41,655 nucleotides of DNA, taken from assembly GCF_006345805.1 (NCBI RefSeq), contig NW_021835268.1, forward strand, positions 1 through 41,655. The letters are read 5' to 3'. The translations under genes and the position numbers were made by a program. This DNA is from Octopus sinensis (taxonomy: Eukaryota). The notes beneath the pieces were generated by a model. That model had not been told where the DNA came from, made no database searches, and worked only from the letters and a program-made list of their open reading frames with translations. Positions 26,680-38,991 of the stretch are shown one piece after another (positions within the stretch are counted from its first letter, which is position 1; each line of letters starts with the position of its first letter).

Positions 26680-27212
26680 TTACTACAAAGCACTGTTGCT
26701 GAATATCTCACGTTGTGAGATTTAAAAATAGTAATTTTTGTAAGTTACAAACCAGTCTCGGAGGCACCACAATTGAACAAGAGCACTTCTTTTACTTCTC
26801 TGACAAATACGTACTTAAAACAAATTAGATTCTTAATATTTTCAACACTAGAAATAGCCACCACTCTATGGTTTCAGTGTGGTGAACAATGACTCTTTTA
26901 TATCTATTATAATTCTATTGAAATACACTGACTTCGTTTCAATTAATTTTGGATATAAGGAAGAATTTAGTTAAACGATTTTATAGCAGTGTGTTTGGCA
27001 CACAATTTACCATGATTAAATGAATTGCTTTAAGTTTGATCATTTTAAACGAGGCACTTAATATCACAGAACTAGGAGCTGTCGTGTGTAGGCTTTTAGT
27101 ATGAGAAAGATGTGGTGAAGGTGAATTAGGAAAACTAATAATGAACAATTAACACATTTTTATTAGGCTGAGAAGAACATAAGGGACTACATTAAATGTT
27201 GCTTACTATGAC

Positions 27213-27880
27213 AGCGAGCTGGCAGAATCGTTAGCACGCCTGGCGAAATGCTTAGTGGCTTTCGTCTGCCGTTACGGTCTGAGTTCAAATTCCGCCGAGG
27301 TCGACTTTGCCTTTCATCCTTTTGGGGTCGATAAATCAAGTAGCAGTTACGCACTGGGGTCGATGTAATCGACTTAATACCTTTGTCTGTCCTTGTTTGT
27401 CCCCTCTACGTTTAGCCCCTTGTGGGCAATAAAGAAATAAGAAACGTTATCGCAGCAGATGAAATGCTTTGATGCAGTTCTTCTGGTTTTATGTTCTGTG
27501 TACAAATGCCACCCAGGTCGACTTTCAATTTCATCCTATCGTGGTCGATGAAATAAGTACCAGTAGAGCATTGGGGTAGGTGATATCAACTTAACTTTTC
27601 CCTTAAAAATGCTGGCCTTGTGCCAGAAGTTGAATCTGTAACGATTAGGCTTATCAAGGCAACGAGGTGGTAGGCTCAATATCGTGTCGCACAAAATGCT
27701 TAGTGAAATTTCTCCCGGCTGTTTACATTTAGTGTTCAAAAGTACGCTGAAGCTGACATTTCTTTTCATCCTTTCGGAGGTCGATGCAATTAGTAACAGC
27801 TGTGCACTGAGTACGGTGAAACTGTGTTACCGGCCCACCCCTAAAATTGATGAGCTTTTGCCAAAGTTTGCGAGAATTTT
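27213..27880 (+). mobile_element. SINE family A: one near-complete copy (27213-27443) and two degenerate copies
   Basis: Box A-like TGGCAGAATCG and box B GAGTTCAAATTCC; CTTTCATCCTTT.GGGGTCGATAAA recurs in each copy. Confidence 0.9.
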
Positions 27881-27904
27881 CATCATCGTCTTTATTATTA
27901 TTAC

Positions 27905-28457
27905 TGAGTGAGAGTGCAGCGCATGTCATCAAGGTGACACTGGGGTACAACTATACGAAACCCAATATACCCGTCATGACTGCCTGTCTGATAAGGTTAT
28001 ACCAGGTACATACATCATAATGTTATGTGCGCGACATGGTGATCTCATATCAAGATGAACCTTGCATGACCTTTCCGGTGGGGCCCAATTCGAATTTTCT
28101 TCAGTTTGAATTAGCTTATCCTGCTCAAAAGGTTCGCGAATAAGAGTTGTTTAAGGATGATGAACGAAACACCCATGTTTCCAGAAGTGAATTATAAAAT
28201 CTCAAAGAATTCCTCTCAACACATGGCGATAATCTTCCCCCACTACTCCTGTTCATGATCAGAGATGTACATATCATCAGTCACCAAGGGACATGGTCAA
28301 CTGGTTAGGGTCAAACAACTGACAAGCAAATCTGTGGTATTGGGCAGAATATTTGCTGTAGCCCATCATTTATACCAAGACAAAACGTACACATGATAAC
28401 TTACAATCAATTAAGATTAGAAGCCATGAGAATCACTGTATGGTACTGCATCAGGGC
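27905..28457 (-). mobile_element. ~555-bp element (copy C, more diverged)
   Basis: TGAGTGAGAGTGCAG...GTACTGCATCAGGGC; short (ATT) tract on the left, (ATC)n on the right. Confidence 0.9.
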
Positions 28458-29369
28458 GTTCATCTCATCATCATCATCATCATCATCATCATTATCACTA
28501 TCGTTATCACTTGTACCACGCCAGGGACACTGGTGGATCAGCTGGGTGGGCCTTACAACAAATAGTTCTGTCTTGGAGGAGATGAGAAGGAGAAGGAAAA
28601 TTAGCGACAGCAAAACTTCAATGTTTTGATCATGTCAGCAGAGTCCAAACTCTTCGTGCTCGCATCTTTAGGGGTCGTGCAGGTACCCGTTTGAACGGAT
28701 TAGCATTGCAGCAAAGTCAACGATATAGCAATTACAAATATATGACTAGACTAGGAGGGAGTAGCACTAAGACTACAGGAGGGCACGCGGTGGTCATACT
28801 AGACGTAGTGTATTGCCAGTAATGGTGGTTATGTTTGAAGGTTCCCGATGCTGAAACATACCGATGTGTGTTTTCATTTACTCACCCATTCACTGCTTCT
28901 TTTAGCTACCGGAGGTACAGCCTCTTTCGTTGTTTGTTGCTACTGTTGCAACTAAGCCCACTTTACAGAAGTAGTCATAAATAACACTTAGTAATGGCGA
29001 TGAGATTAATCGATGACTGAATCAACTGAGATAAACGAGTTAAATTTTATAATTGAATAAAGTAGCTGTGCTCGAGTATTTATCATTGTAGTTGAAGATT
29101 ACACTTCTCCAAGGAGTTAAACGTAATGTGGTGGCAAGCTGACAAATCATTCATTTTATTTCAGTTATAATACAATACGGACGCTTACAATAAAAAATAA
29201 TGTACTTACCTAGGTGTACTTATTTAATGCTGGGTGGACAGATGAAAATGCAATTTAAGTCTGTTGGCCACTTGAGTGTAAAAAAAGAACAAATGGACCC
29301 AAATGTTTAATGTATTGCAGTTACTTCTTTTGATACCCTTGTATGTTTGTATGCATGCAATCACGTATG

Positions 29370-29510
29370 CATGTATGTATATATATATATATATATACAT
29401 ATATACATATTATATATATATGTAAAATATATATATATATATATATAATTTATATGTATGTATATATATTATGTATATATATATATATATATGTTATATA
29501 TATATGTTTA

Positions 29511-29562
<52 letters not shown>

Positions 29563-29971
29563 AATGAGGAGTTCAACGTAGGTCATATATCAGCATGTGT
29601 ATACTTTAAAAAAATTAACAGAATGTGATAAAAATCCAAGGATGTCAAAGATTTCAGAACATTTATAAATAGAAGGTCTTACAGCTGTTTCCGAGATTTT
29701 TTATATATCCCTTCATCGGAGACAGCGTGAGAAAATGGTTAAGTAATAATTATTCTAGATAAGATATGAAATAGAGATTGAAGTAGAGGAATGAAAATAG
29801 ACGTGAGATATGTAGGGCTATTGTATCTGTAGTTCGATTATTTAGGCAGAATGGTATATATATATAAGATTCGTGTACCTTGTAAGTTCCAATAGTATTT
29901 AAAATTGGTCATTCCAAGTATATAGTTTATAAATCGAGGGTTTCTTTTAATAGTATGTCCATAAGCACTTA

Positions 29972-30007
<36 letters not shown>

Positions 30008-30042
30008 GTGTGTGTGTATGTATATATATGTATATATATATA

Positions 30043-30109
<67 letters not shown>

Positions 30110-30147
30110 CTATATATATATATATATAATATATATATATATATGTA

Positions 30148-30178
<31 letters not shown>

Positions 30179-30180
30179 AT
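29370..30180. repeat. (TA)n-dominated microsatellites (29370-29560, 29970-30180)
   Basis: Read directly. Confidence 0.95.
29676..29723 (-). ncRNA. Minimal type I hammerhead ribozyme-like fold, probably in a PLE terminal-repeat fragment (~29561-29830)
   Basis: Minus strand: GTCT-CCGATGA-A-GGGAT(ATATAAAAA)ATCTC-G-GAAAC-AGCT-GTA-AGAC. Perfect 4-bp stem I, palindromic stem III ACAGCTGT, GUA site; core CCGAUGA and an A.G mismatch at the base of stem II. Confidence 0.7.
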
Positions 30181-30620
30181 ACCTGTGTAGACTCACATTC
30201 TTTATTATGATGCACGTATTTTTCATAAGTATAAATATGAGTATCCCAAATTTTTCTCTGCTATTTCCTTTATCAAGTCTCTATAATAATAATTTCTTAT
30301 TTATATTTTTGCACTGAAGAGAACAGGGATATATAATTAACTTAATCATTCTACACTGCAATTTTTAATCCATGTTTTAATATCACTGTTTGAAACGATC
30401 GTATGCATGGATTCAAATTGTTTCAAATTTTAACATCTTTTCTTCTCCATTTGTAACAAATTTGTTGAGTTTTATAGATACCTTTCCATACCTTCCGATA
30501 ACACGCCATATACAAATATTATTTTCATATTCACCAACTTACGCGAGTAAGCTACCAGCAAAATATGCATTTTTAGCCACATTGTGTTATGATGGAATAA
30601 TAATAATAATAATAATAATA

Positions 30621-31868
30621 CAGATACAGATACAGAACGACTTTATCTGCCAAGAAAAGAGGGAGGCCGTGGACCTTTACAACTGGCAATAACAATGAAG
30701 ATTGCTACAATTTGCCTAGGCACCTACCTGAAAAACTCTGAGGACTGGATGTTAAAACTTGTCTCAAAACATGAAAACAAGAAAGCATCATACTCAGTAA
30801 CAAAACAGGCAAAGGAATATCTAAGTGAATTCCGAATACAACAAATTTCGGAATTAGAGATAGACATACAAGAAACAGGCACAGAAAAAGCTAAGCGCAT
30901 GAAAACCCGTGCTAAATCTGCGGCCTTAGATATTCTGAATGATAAATGGCAAGAAAAACCTCTCTGTGGGAAATACCCAAAGAGAGCGAATAATGCAGAT
31001 GTTGACAAAGCCCTGACCCATCAATGGCTAATGGCCTCTGGCTTAAAATCTGAAACAGAGGGGTTTATCATAGCAGCTCAAGATCAATGCCTACCAACAA
31101 GAAACTACCAGGCCAACATATTAAAGATCAGCAGCAGTCCAACGTCTCGTGTACGCCAGCAACAAAATGAAACCATTGATCATGTGGTCTCCAAGTGCAG
31201 TCTTCTAGCGCCTACAGAGTATCTCAACAGGCACGATAGAACTGCACAATATATTCACTGGGTAATCTGCAAAAACCTGGATTTGCCCCATGAAAAAAAC
31301 TGGTGGGAACACAAGCCACCGCCAGTGATTGAAAATGACCACATCTCACTCCTCTGGAACTTCACCATTCAAACTGACAAAAAGATAGATGCAAATAGGC
31401 CAGACATCATATTGAAAGACTTCAAGCAAAGAACATGGCCCCTCATTGATATGACTGTCCTAATCGATATAAACGTATCTGTCAAGACCTACCAAAAACT
31501 GAGCAAATATAAAGATCTTGAAATAGAATCAGCAAAATGTGGAACCTGAAGACTAAAACAATACCTGTTGTCATAGGTGCCCTGGGAATGATAGCAAAAG
31601 GGGCTGATAGCTACCTAACTCAGATACCAGGAAACCCCAAAATGGCAGAAATTCAAAAGATAGTGCTCATGGGAACTGCTCATATCCTACGCAAAATACT
31701 TTCTATGTAATCTCAAGGTTTAAAACAAACAGTTTAAAACATTTTTTTTTAGACATCCACCAGTACAACACAAAAAACAACCAAATATGGCACAACCTGT
31801 TGTCTCTTGAGGTCTCCGGGTGAGACTTGGAGCCAACTTGTACAAATATAAAGCAAAAGTCAAACATA
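30621..31868 (+). mobile_element. R4/Dong-clade RLE non-LTR retrotransposon, 5'-truncated, within (TAA)n
   Basis: DTERLYLPRKEGGRG...GLKSETEGFIIAAQDQCLPTRNY...ETIDHVVSKC (decayed CCHC finger)...RHD...ANRPDIILKD...LIDM...KLSKYKDLEIE; frameshift near 31530, then MWNLKTKTIPVVIGALG...GTAHILRKILSM* (stop 31708-31710). TAA repeats flank both ends. Confidence 0.92.
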
Positions 31869-31914
31869 TAATAATAATAATAATAACAATAACAATAATA
31901 ATAATAACAATAAC

Positions 31915-31991
<77 letters not shown>

Positions 31992-32026
31992 AGATAATAA
32001 CAACAACAACAACAAAACAACAACAA

Positions 32027-32149
32027 TATCTTGACATGAGATCACTATGTTGAGCATATATGGTTATGATGCATGGGTCTGGTGTACCCTAATCAGACGT
32101 GTAGTCATGAAGGGAATATTGGGCTTTGTGTATGCACTGTTCTCTCAAC
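32027..32149 (+). mobile_element. 5'-truncated copy (D) of the ~555-bp element
   Basis: TATCTTGACATGAGATCACTATGT...GGTGTACCCTAATCAGACG.GTAGTCATGA...TGCACTGTTCTCTC matches the last part of copy A; preceded by (AAT)/(AAC)n. Confidence 0.8.
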
Positions 32150-32184
32150 TATGACAATGCTTATGATGGAGAAAAGAAGAGAAA

Positions 32185-33049
32185 TATGACATGATGCGAC
32201 GACGACGAAGACGACGACGACGATGATAATGATAATAACGATGGTCAGACAACGATGACGTTGCTATTGATAATTCGGATGATGACGTGGATAATAATAA
32301 TGTTTTCAAGATGATGAGAGTGCATTAGAATGAAATCCATTACGTTTATGATAACGGTGATGACAAAGTGACGATATTGATAAGACAATGATGGCGATTA
32401 CGTCATGTGGATAAAGATGCAGATAATGATAACAATTATGTGATGATAATGAAGAGAAAAGTAAATGATGTTGATGGTGATGACGACGACGACGATGCTG
32501 ATGCGGATGTTGATGTTGATGAGATCCATTTCAAATATGAATATGATGATGATGACGATAATGACGACGATGACATTTACGATGATAATGATCTTGAAAA
32601 TGGTGATGATGATGATGATGATGAGGATGAGGCGGAGGAGGAGGACGATCAGGGTGACGATAATGTAGACGCTGACGGTGGTGTTGATGACAATAATTAC
32701 AGCAGCGGGGGAGCTGCTGGTTACGGCCCTGGTGGCTGCAAGTAGCTTTGCTACTGCTGCTGTTGCTGCAGTTGCAGCTGATGGCAGTGATGATGACAAT
32801 TACGGTGATGTTGATGAGAGCGATGGTAATGAGGCAAGTAATAATACCAGTAATTAAGGCGCAACCATGTCACTTAATAAGGAACCAGTTAAAGCTGCAC
32901 AACGCAGTAGTTTTAATAATAACGACAGTTTAGTAAAAGATTGCCAATTTGTAGCAGGTACACGTAATAGACTCATTGCGTTAGTCTGAAAAGCCAAAAC
33001 AGGAATTGACCATTAAAAGTAGATATATATATATATGTTTCTGTATGTA

Positions 33050-33083
<34 letters not shown>

Positions 33084-33117
33084 GTCTGTCTATCTATCTA
33101 TCTATCTATCTATCTAC

Positions 33118-33149
<32 letters not shown>

Positions 33150-33276
33150 ATATATATATATGTGTGTGTGTGTGTTGTGTGTATATATATATATATATAT
33201 ATATACAAATACATAGACATATATATGTGTGTGTGGCTGCGAATTTATATATGTGTATATATAATATATATATATA

Positions 33277-33320
<44 letters not shown>

Positions 33321-33330
33321 TTGTGTGTGT
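32185..33330. repeat. Cryptic (GAT/GAC) low-complexity tract (32185-32830) and (TCTG)/(TATC)/(TA) microsatellites (33010-33330)
   Basis: Read directly. Confidence 0.85.
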
Positions 33331-33794
33331 GTTATATAGTGTGTGTGAGGTGTACATGTATGTAAGTATGTGTGTGCTTATGTGTTTCAATAAACCGATG
33401 AAGAACGTCGTGACAAACAGCATCTGTTTACGTCCAGTGATAATCCTGTCGTTCATTATTAAGAATCAATAAAATAAATACCTGACCAAAGGAAGCGATA
33501 TTTGATAATATCGACTAAAAGCATTTAAAGCAATGCCCCAGCGCGGCCACAATTCTTTTGACTACGACCAATCAAAAAGGATTTGTATAAGTGTGTTTGA
33601 GGTAAATATTTTAATTCCCCGGTTTCGTCATTGAAGTTCTATGATCCCAATCATTTGATTGCATTCTCTTGGAAACAATATTTCCACTCACAGAGAAAAT
33701 CAATTTATCTGATGATTGCACTTTGTTAGAAACTCGTGGAAGGAAAATACGAAATTCAAAATCGTAGCACATGCGTGCACAAAAATATAGTCGC

Positions 33795-34209
33795 TCTTTT
33801 ACTCTTTTACTTGTTTCAGGCATTCGACTTTAGCCATGGTGGAGCACCGCCTTTTAGTCGTGCAAATCGACCCCAGGAATTATTCCTTGTAAGCCTAGTA
33901 CTTATTCTATCGGTCTCTTTTGCCGAACCGCTAGGCTACGGGGATGTAAGCACACCAGCATCGGTTGTCAAGCGATGTTGGGGGACAAACACAGACACAC
34001 AAACACAGACACACACACACGCACACATATTTATATATACATATATACTTCGGGCTTCTTTCAGTTTCCGTCTACCAAATCCACTCACAAGGCTTTGGTC
34101 GGCCCGAGGCTATAGTAGAAGACACTTGCCCAAGGTTTCACGCAGTGGGACTGAACCCGGGACCATGTGGTTGGTAAGCAAGCTACTTAGCACACAGCCA
34201 CTCCTGCGC
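33795..34209 (-). mobile_element. SINE family B, full length
   Basis: Minus strand: GCGCAGGAGTGGCTGTGTGCTAAG...CCCGGGTTCAGTCCCACTGCGTG (box A/B), CORE-like CCTTGGGCAAGTGTCTT, internal (TA)/(TG) tract, 3' GAAACAAGTAAAAGAG. Confidence 0.92.
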
Positions 34210-34465
34210 AAATATAATTAGGTATTGTCTCTCAGCTACATATATATTCTTTTTCAGTAATCATTTCCCTCGGGGGTCAAATAACGAAGGAGTCCTAAAG
34301 ATCTCTATACATTCTAAGTTAATTTATAGTAAAGAATACACTATTAAAAGGTAATGTAAAGGTAAATTAATACCGCGAAGCGTTTTGTTCGACGCTCAGA
34401 CATTTTGCTATTCCACCGCACCTAAATGATGATGATGGCAACGATGTTGACAACGATGATAGTTA

Positions 34466-35030
34466 TTGGGTTGTCCAGAAAGTTCATGCCGATTTATAGT
34501 AGGTTACCTTTCGACTTATTTTAGAACATGGTTGAGTCCATAAAATAGAATTTGACTACACCTCCATTTAGAGCATAGTTTAAGTTATCTTTTCGTGGAA
34601 GAAGATTTATGTTCCTATAACTTGTGTTAATTTTGTAACCCTTTAAAATGGAAGATAAGAAAGTTCATTTTCGGCACTTGATGCTTAGGGAGCCAGACAA
34701 AAATTGCTGCAACTCAGCTGTGATGTCTTACCCCACCCTCCATATTCACCGGATATTGCTCCTTCGGATCGCCACTTATTCAGGTCTCTGCAGAATAGTC
34801 TTAATGGTAAAAATTTCAATTCCTTGGATGACGTAAAAAGATACCATGATTAATTCTTTACCATGAAACACTCTCAATCAGGGAAGAGGATATTTTCACG
34901 GTAAAGGAAAGATGGAGACACATTGTGCAATAAAATGGTTTGTATTTGGTTGATTAAAAATGTAATGGCAAGTATTTATTAACATTTTTCTTTCCTTTAA
35001 AAATTGGCACGAACTTTCCGGACAACCCCA
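34466..35030 (+). mobile_element. Internally deleted mariner transposon (565 bp)
   Basis: TIRs TTGGGTTGTCCAGAAAGTTCATGCC / GGCACGAACTTTCCGGACAACCCCA with TA TSD; transposase N-terminus MEDKKVHFRHLML (34648) fused out of frame to C-terminal ARQKLLQL..DVLPHPPYSPDIAPSDRHLFRSLQNSL. Confidence 0.93.
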
Positions 35031-35869
35031 TACAATAATGGTTTTTGATTTAGGGACCACGCCAGCAATTTCAAAGAGACGGGATCAGTCAATGTCTTCG
35101 ATCTTCATTCCTTTGTTGGTATCTTATCTCATCGAACCGTTGCCAGACTTTGGCAATGAACGTAGTAGAGTCGACAAGAAATACTGCAAAACACATTTTT
35201 CTCGATGGTCGAATGATTCTACCAGGTCGTCGCGACTCTCGGTTATTTCTACTATAAGTACAAGACCAGCACTTTTGAGGGAAAGGGCAAGTCACTTACA
35301 ACGATTCCATTACTTCAATGGTACTTTATTTTACGGAGATATACTTGCATAGCAAGTGACCTGATCTGAGATCGTGTGCTGGAACGAAAACAATTGCAGC
35401 GTGAAAGATGTTTATAAGCCATTTAAGAAACACAAAAACCGTTAGATTCACTTCAGCATTTAAATTTAATTTGTCAAAATATTTTCGTCGTTTGAGAACA
35501 TCCTTTGAGAACATCCTTGCAAAGTGAGTATATATTAAGGGACTTTATGGGAAGGAGTATCCAAGGCGTCAGAGAATTAGATTAAATGAATTGAATAATT
35601 GTGGATCGATGCGTTTTGCTCTTCAGCCCCCACCCAACCAGAATGCCAACTTTAATAAATATAGACGCTCGATTTACTAAGTATAGTAATCAAATCTTTT
35701 AAAAATCATATCATATATTCTTAGACATGTCACGTTAAATAATATATTCCAAGATACATTGTGTATCCAAAGGACAGTTAAGGTTTTTATGGATAAAATA
35801 CGTTTGATCAAAGATCTGCTGCATCAGGGTTTAGCAAAAAAAAAAACATCAAAAATATCACCATCACCG

Positions 35870-35960
35870 TCACAATCACCACCATCACCAGCACCACCAC
35901 TACCACCACCACCACCAACACCATCACCAGCACCACTACCACCACCACCACCACCAACAC

Positions 35961-35994
<34 letters not shown>

Positions 35995-36126
35995 CACTAC
36001 CACTACTACTACTGCCGCTACTACTACTATTACTACTACTACTACTACTAATACTACAACAACTACTACTACTACTACTACTACTGCTACTACTACTACT
36101 ATACTACTACTACTACTACTACAACA

Positions 36127-36190
<64 letters not shown>
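35870..36190. repeat. (ACC)n grading into (ACT)n trinucleotide tract
   Basis: Read directly. Confidence 0.95.
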
Positions 36191-36191
<1 letters not shown>

Positions 36192-36739
36192 ATGAGCGAA
36201 TGAAGGAATATCTGTGTTTCCACTTGATCTACTTGAATATTTCCTTCAAACCACATCTGATTTTCTTGAAGAATGTACTCTTTGCACATTAACTGTTGCA
36301 CTCCTAAATACACACTACCTAAAGGAAATGCAAGGTGGTAACATGTGGAGCAATTATAGTAGGTATACCAAGTCCTTGATACAGGTAGATATCTAGGTAC
36401 CTCAATACATTCAGTTCTACGTACGGCTTAGTTACCTAAACGCAGATAAGTACCTAAATACCTCAATACAGTCCTAGACGTAAAAGGAAGCCAAACTGAT
36501 TACAGATGGAACAAATTTGAACATAAATTTCTTCGATGAAGACTGTTCTAGAGCTAAACAAGCACAACCAGAAAAACTGCAACAATAGCAACAACAATAA
36601 CAACACTAGCATCAACAATTACCAATGAAATACAATCATATTTCTGTTGTTCAACTGAATATAATCTTCCTCCTCAACCTATCTCCAGAAACTTATTACC
36701 TTTTTTTTCCAATATGAAATATCGATTACTAACGTCGAC

Positions 36740-37925
36740 ACAAGGTCAGAAATTTGGGGCAGTGTTATATTCGATTTTTATCGATCCCAGTATTTGACTG
36801 CCGCTTCATCGATTCCAGAAAGATTAATGAAAACGTTGAACTGGGTGGCATTTGGATTCATCATTTTGTTCAATTCTCTCCCTCTCTCTCGATCGATCGA
36901 TTATCGTTCTACCGAATTTTCCCAATATATAATATCGATTTCTAAGGTAGGTTTGCAGCTACAAGAATTTGACTGGTATTTAATTTAACGGATCTTCAAT
37001 GAGGCAAAACAAAATTAAACTCGGTGGCATTTGAACTCAGAATGGAATGGTGCAATACCAAATGCTTCCAGACAATTTTGTTCAATGTTTTACCGATTCT
37101 GCTAATCGATAACATTTTCTTCCGATATAATATCGATTTCTAATATAACTTAACATTTAAGGATTTGTGATATTGATTATTACATTAATAGCAATAACTG
37201 AACTGGATTTTGATTTGTATTGATACCTGAATGTTTAGATTGAATTGGATTGCCTATGTTCAGGCTATTGCAGGATGAAGGCCTTAGCATGTAGAATGCA
37301 CTCACCATCAACCATGGTCGGATGTGGAGGCTGTGAATTTGGCCGTCAGATCATAGTGGTTCGATGAGGCTATTTTGCCTATTGGCTCAACATTTCTTGG
37401 TAGATGGGTGCAGTTTTTTATACACTTACCCAGAAATATTTCAGTTGATTACATCGACCACATTGTTTAGCTGGTACTTACTCTTTTGACTCCGAAAGGA
37501 TAAAAGGTAAAGTCGACCTCGGCGGAATTTTCAGTCAGAGCGTAAGGACAGCGATGTACCACTAAGCATTTCGCTAGGCCATACATGAGTGATATAATGG
37601 CAAAGTTGACCGCGGTAAGATTTGAACTGAACGCATGAATCGAAACTAAATCGCGTAAAGCATCTGCAAAAATCTTAGCCAACACTCTATTCCTGCATAT
37701 AATACTCAATCAAATTTTCGGAACACTGCCAGACATTTTTAAGGGAAGGTAAATTCGATACATTGTTCCAAGAGTTCAACTCGTACTTATTTTATCAACC
37801 CCGAAAGAGGTTTAGCCAAAGGAAGCATTTGATCCGCAGTTGCATCTGAACTTTGGTCATAAAGCTATAAGAAATACTGTTAAGCATTTTTTCGGTGTGT
37901 TAACGAACCTGCCGACTCGTCGCTG
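36740..37925 (-). mobile_element. Several degenerate SINE family A copies (~36740-37110, 37440-37575, 37720-37925)
   Basis: Recurrent ATCGA.CCCAGT, AAAGTCGACCTCGGCGGAATTT and TAACGA..CTGC motifs. Confidence 0.75.
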
Positions 37926-38752
37926 TTCTTGCATTTTAACCACATGACTTTCACTAGACATTAAATTTAACCTGTTTCCGTTTACCTTAATAACATTGTG
38001 GTAGTATAAATTTCCTGATTTTTTTTATATAACTCAATATGCTGGCATAATAAAAACGGTCGTTTGATAATGTATGGCGGAATCATCAATAAAAATGTGA
38101 TATTCGTCAATCTTGTTCACGTACTTAAACAATTGTGATTAATAATAAAAATTCTCGTATATTCAATCTTCCGCCTTTCATTTACCATTTACATAACGAA
38201 ACACTGTGAAAGTGACTGCGCTTTACCAGTAAGCCACCAGGTGTAAACCATTCGTTTTATTATCTATCATATATATATACATATATATAAACGTATGCAC
38301 ACGTATATATAGATATATACATAAATATATGCATGTAAGCACAAACGCACATACATACACAAATACATTATGTTACAAAGATATTTTGAAAATTAAAAAA
38401 AAAACGCAACAATAGCGAGACATATTTTGGTGTCTCTCACAAAAATTGCGAAAGCTGCAAAAAATAATTATGATATTATTGAGAACAAAAGAAATTTTTA
38501 CCCGCTTTTGACAGCCTGTCTTCAACAATATATTGTGCAGTATGTATTTTTTCTACCATTCATCTATTTTTGTTCCCAGTGTGGTGTTTTTATTGTGATA
38601 TATATAAACACAGAATTACATACGCAAAGTATCACATAATGTTCACTAATACATGCTGCTAAACACACATATCTATTGAGCGTTATACTAATACATATAT
38701 TTGTTTTCTACACCACCTGTCTTGGTCGTTTGTTTTTTCGTGAACTCTCCCT

Positions 38753-38754
<2 letters not shown>

Positions 38755-38797
<43 letters not shown>

Positions 38798-38910
38798 TAT
38801 ATAGATATTTATATATATATATACATATATATATTCATATTTATATTTATACTTATATTTATATATACACGCACAATATTACATACACAAAATCTCACAT
38901 AATGTTCACA

Positions 38911-38991
<81 letters not shown>

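Noticed and set aside
32407-32745. 112-aa Asp-rich ORF reminiscent of molluscan acidic biomineral proteins
   Set aside because: It lies in a longer degenerate GAT/GAC tract, has no signal peptide or clear splice context, and neighbouring frames are similarly open.
33393-33432. Possible third hammerhead (CCGATGA...AAACAGCATCTGTT)
   Set aside because: GAAA box reads CAAA and no convincing stem II forms.
35349-35500. Segment I recall as an octopus interspersed repeat, with a possible GAAA/palindrome half on the minus strand
   Set aside because: Single copy in the window and the CUGANGA half is absent, so it cannot be supported from this sequence.
36195-36340. Possible minus-strand exon (SVYLGVQQLMCKEYILQENQMWFEG...)
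   Set aside because: Plausible acceptor but no clear donor or recognisable homology.
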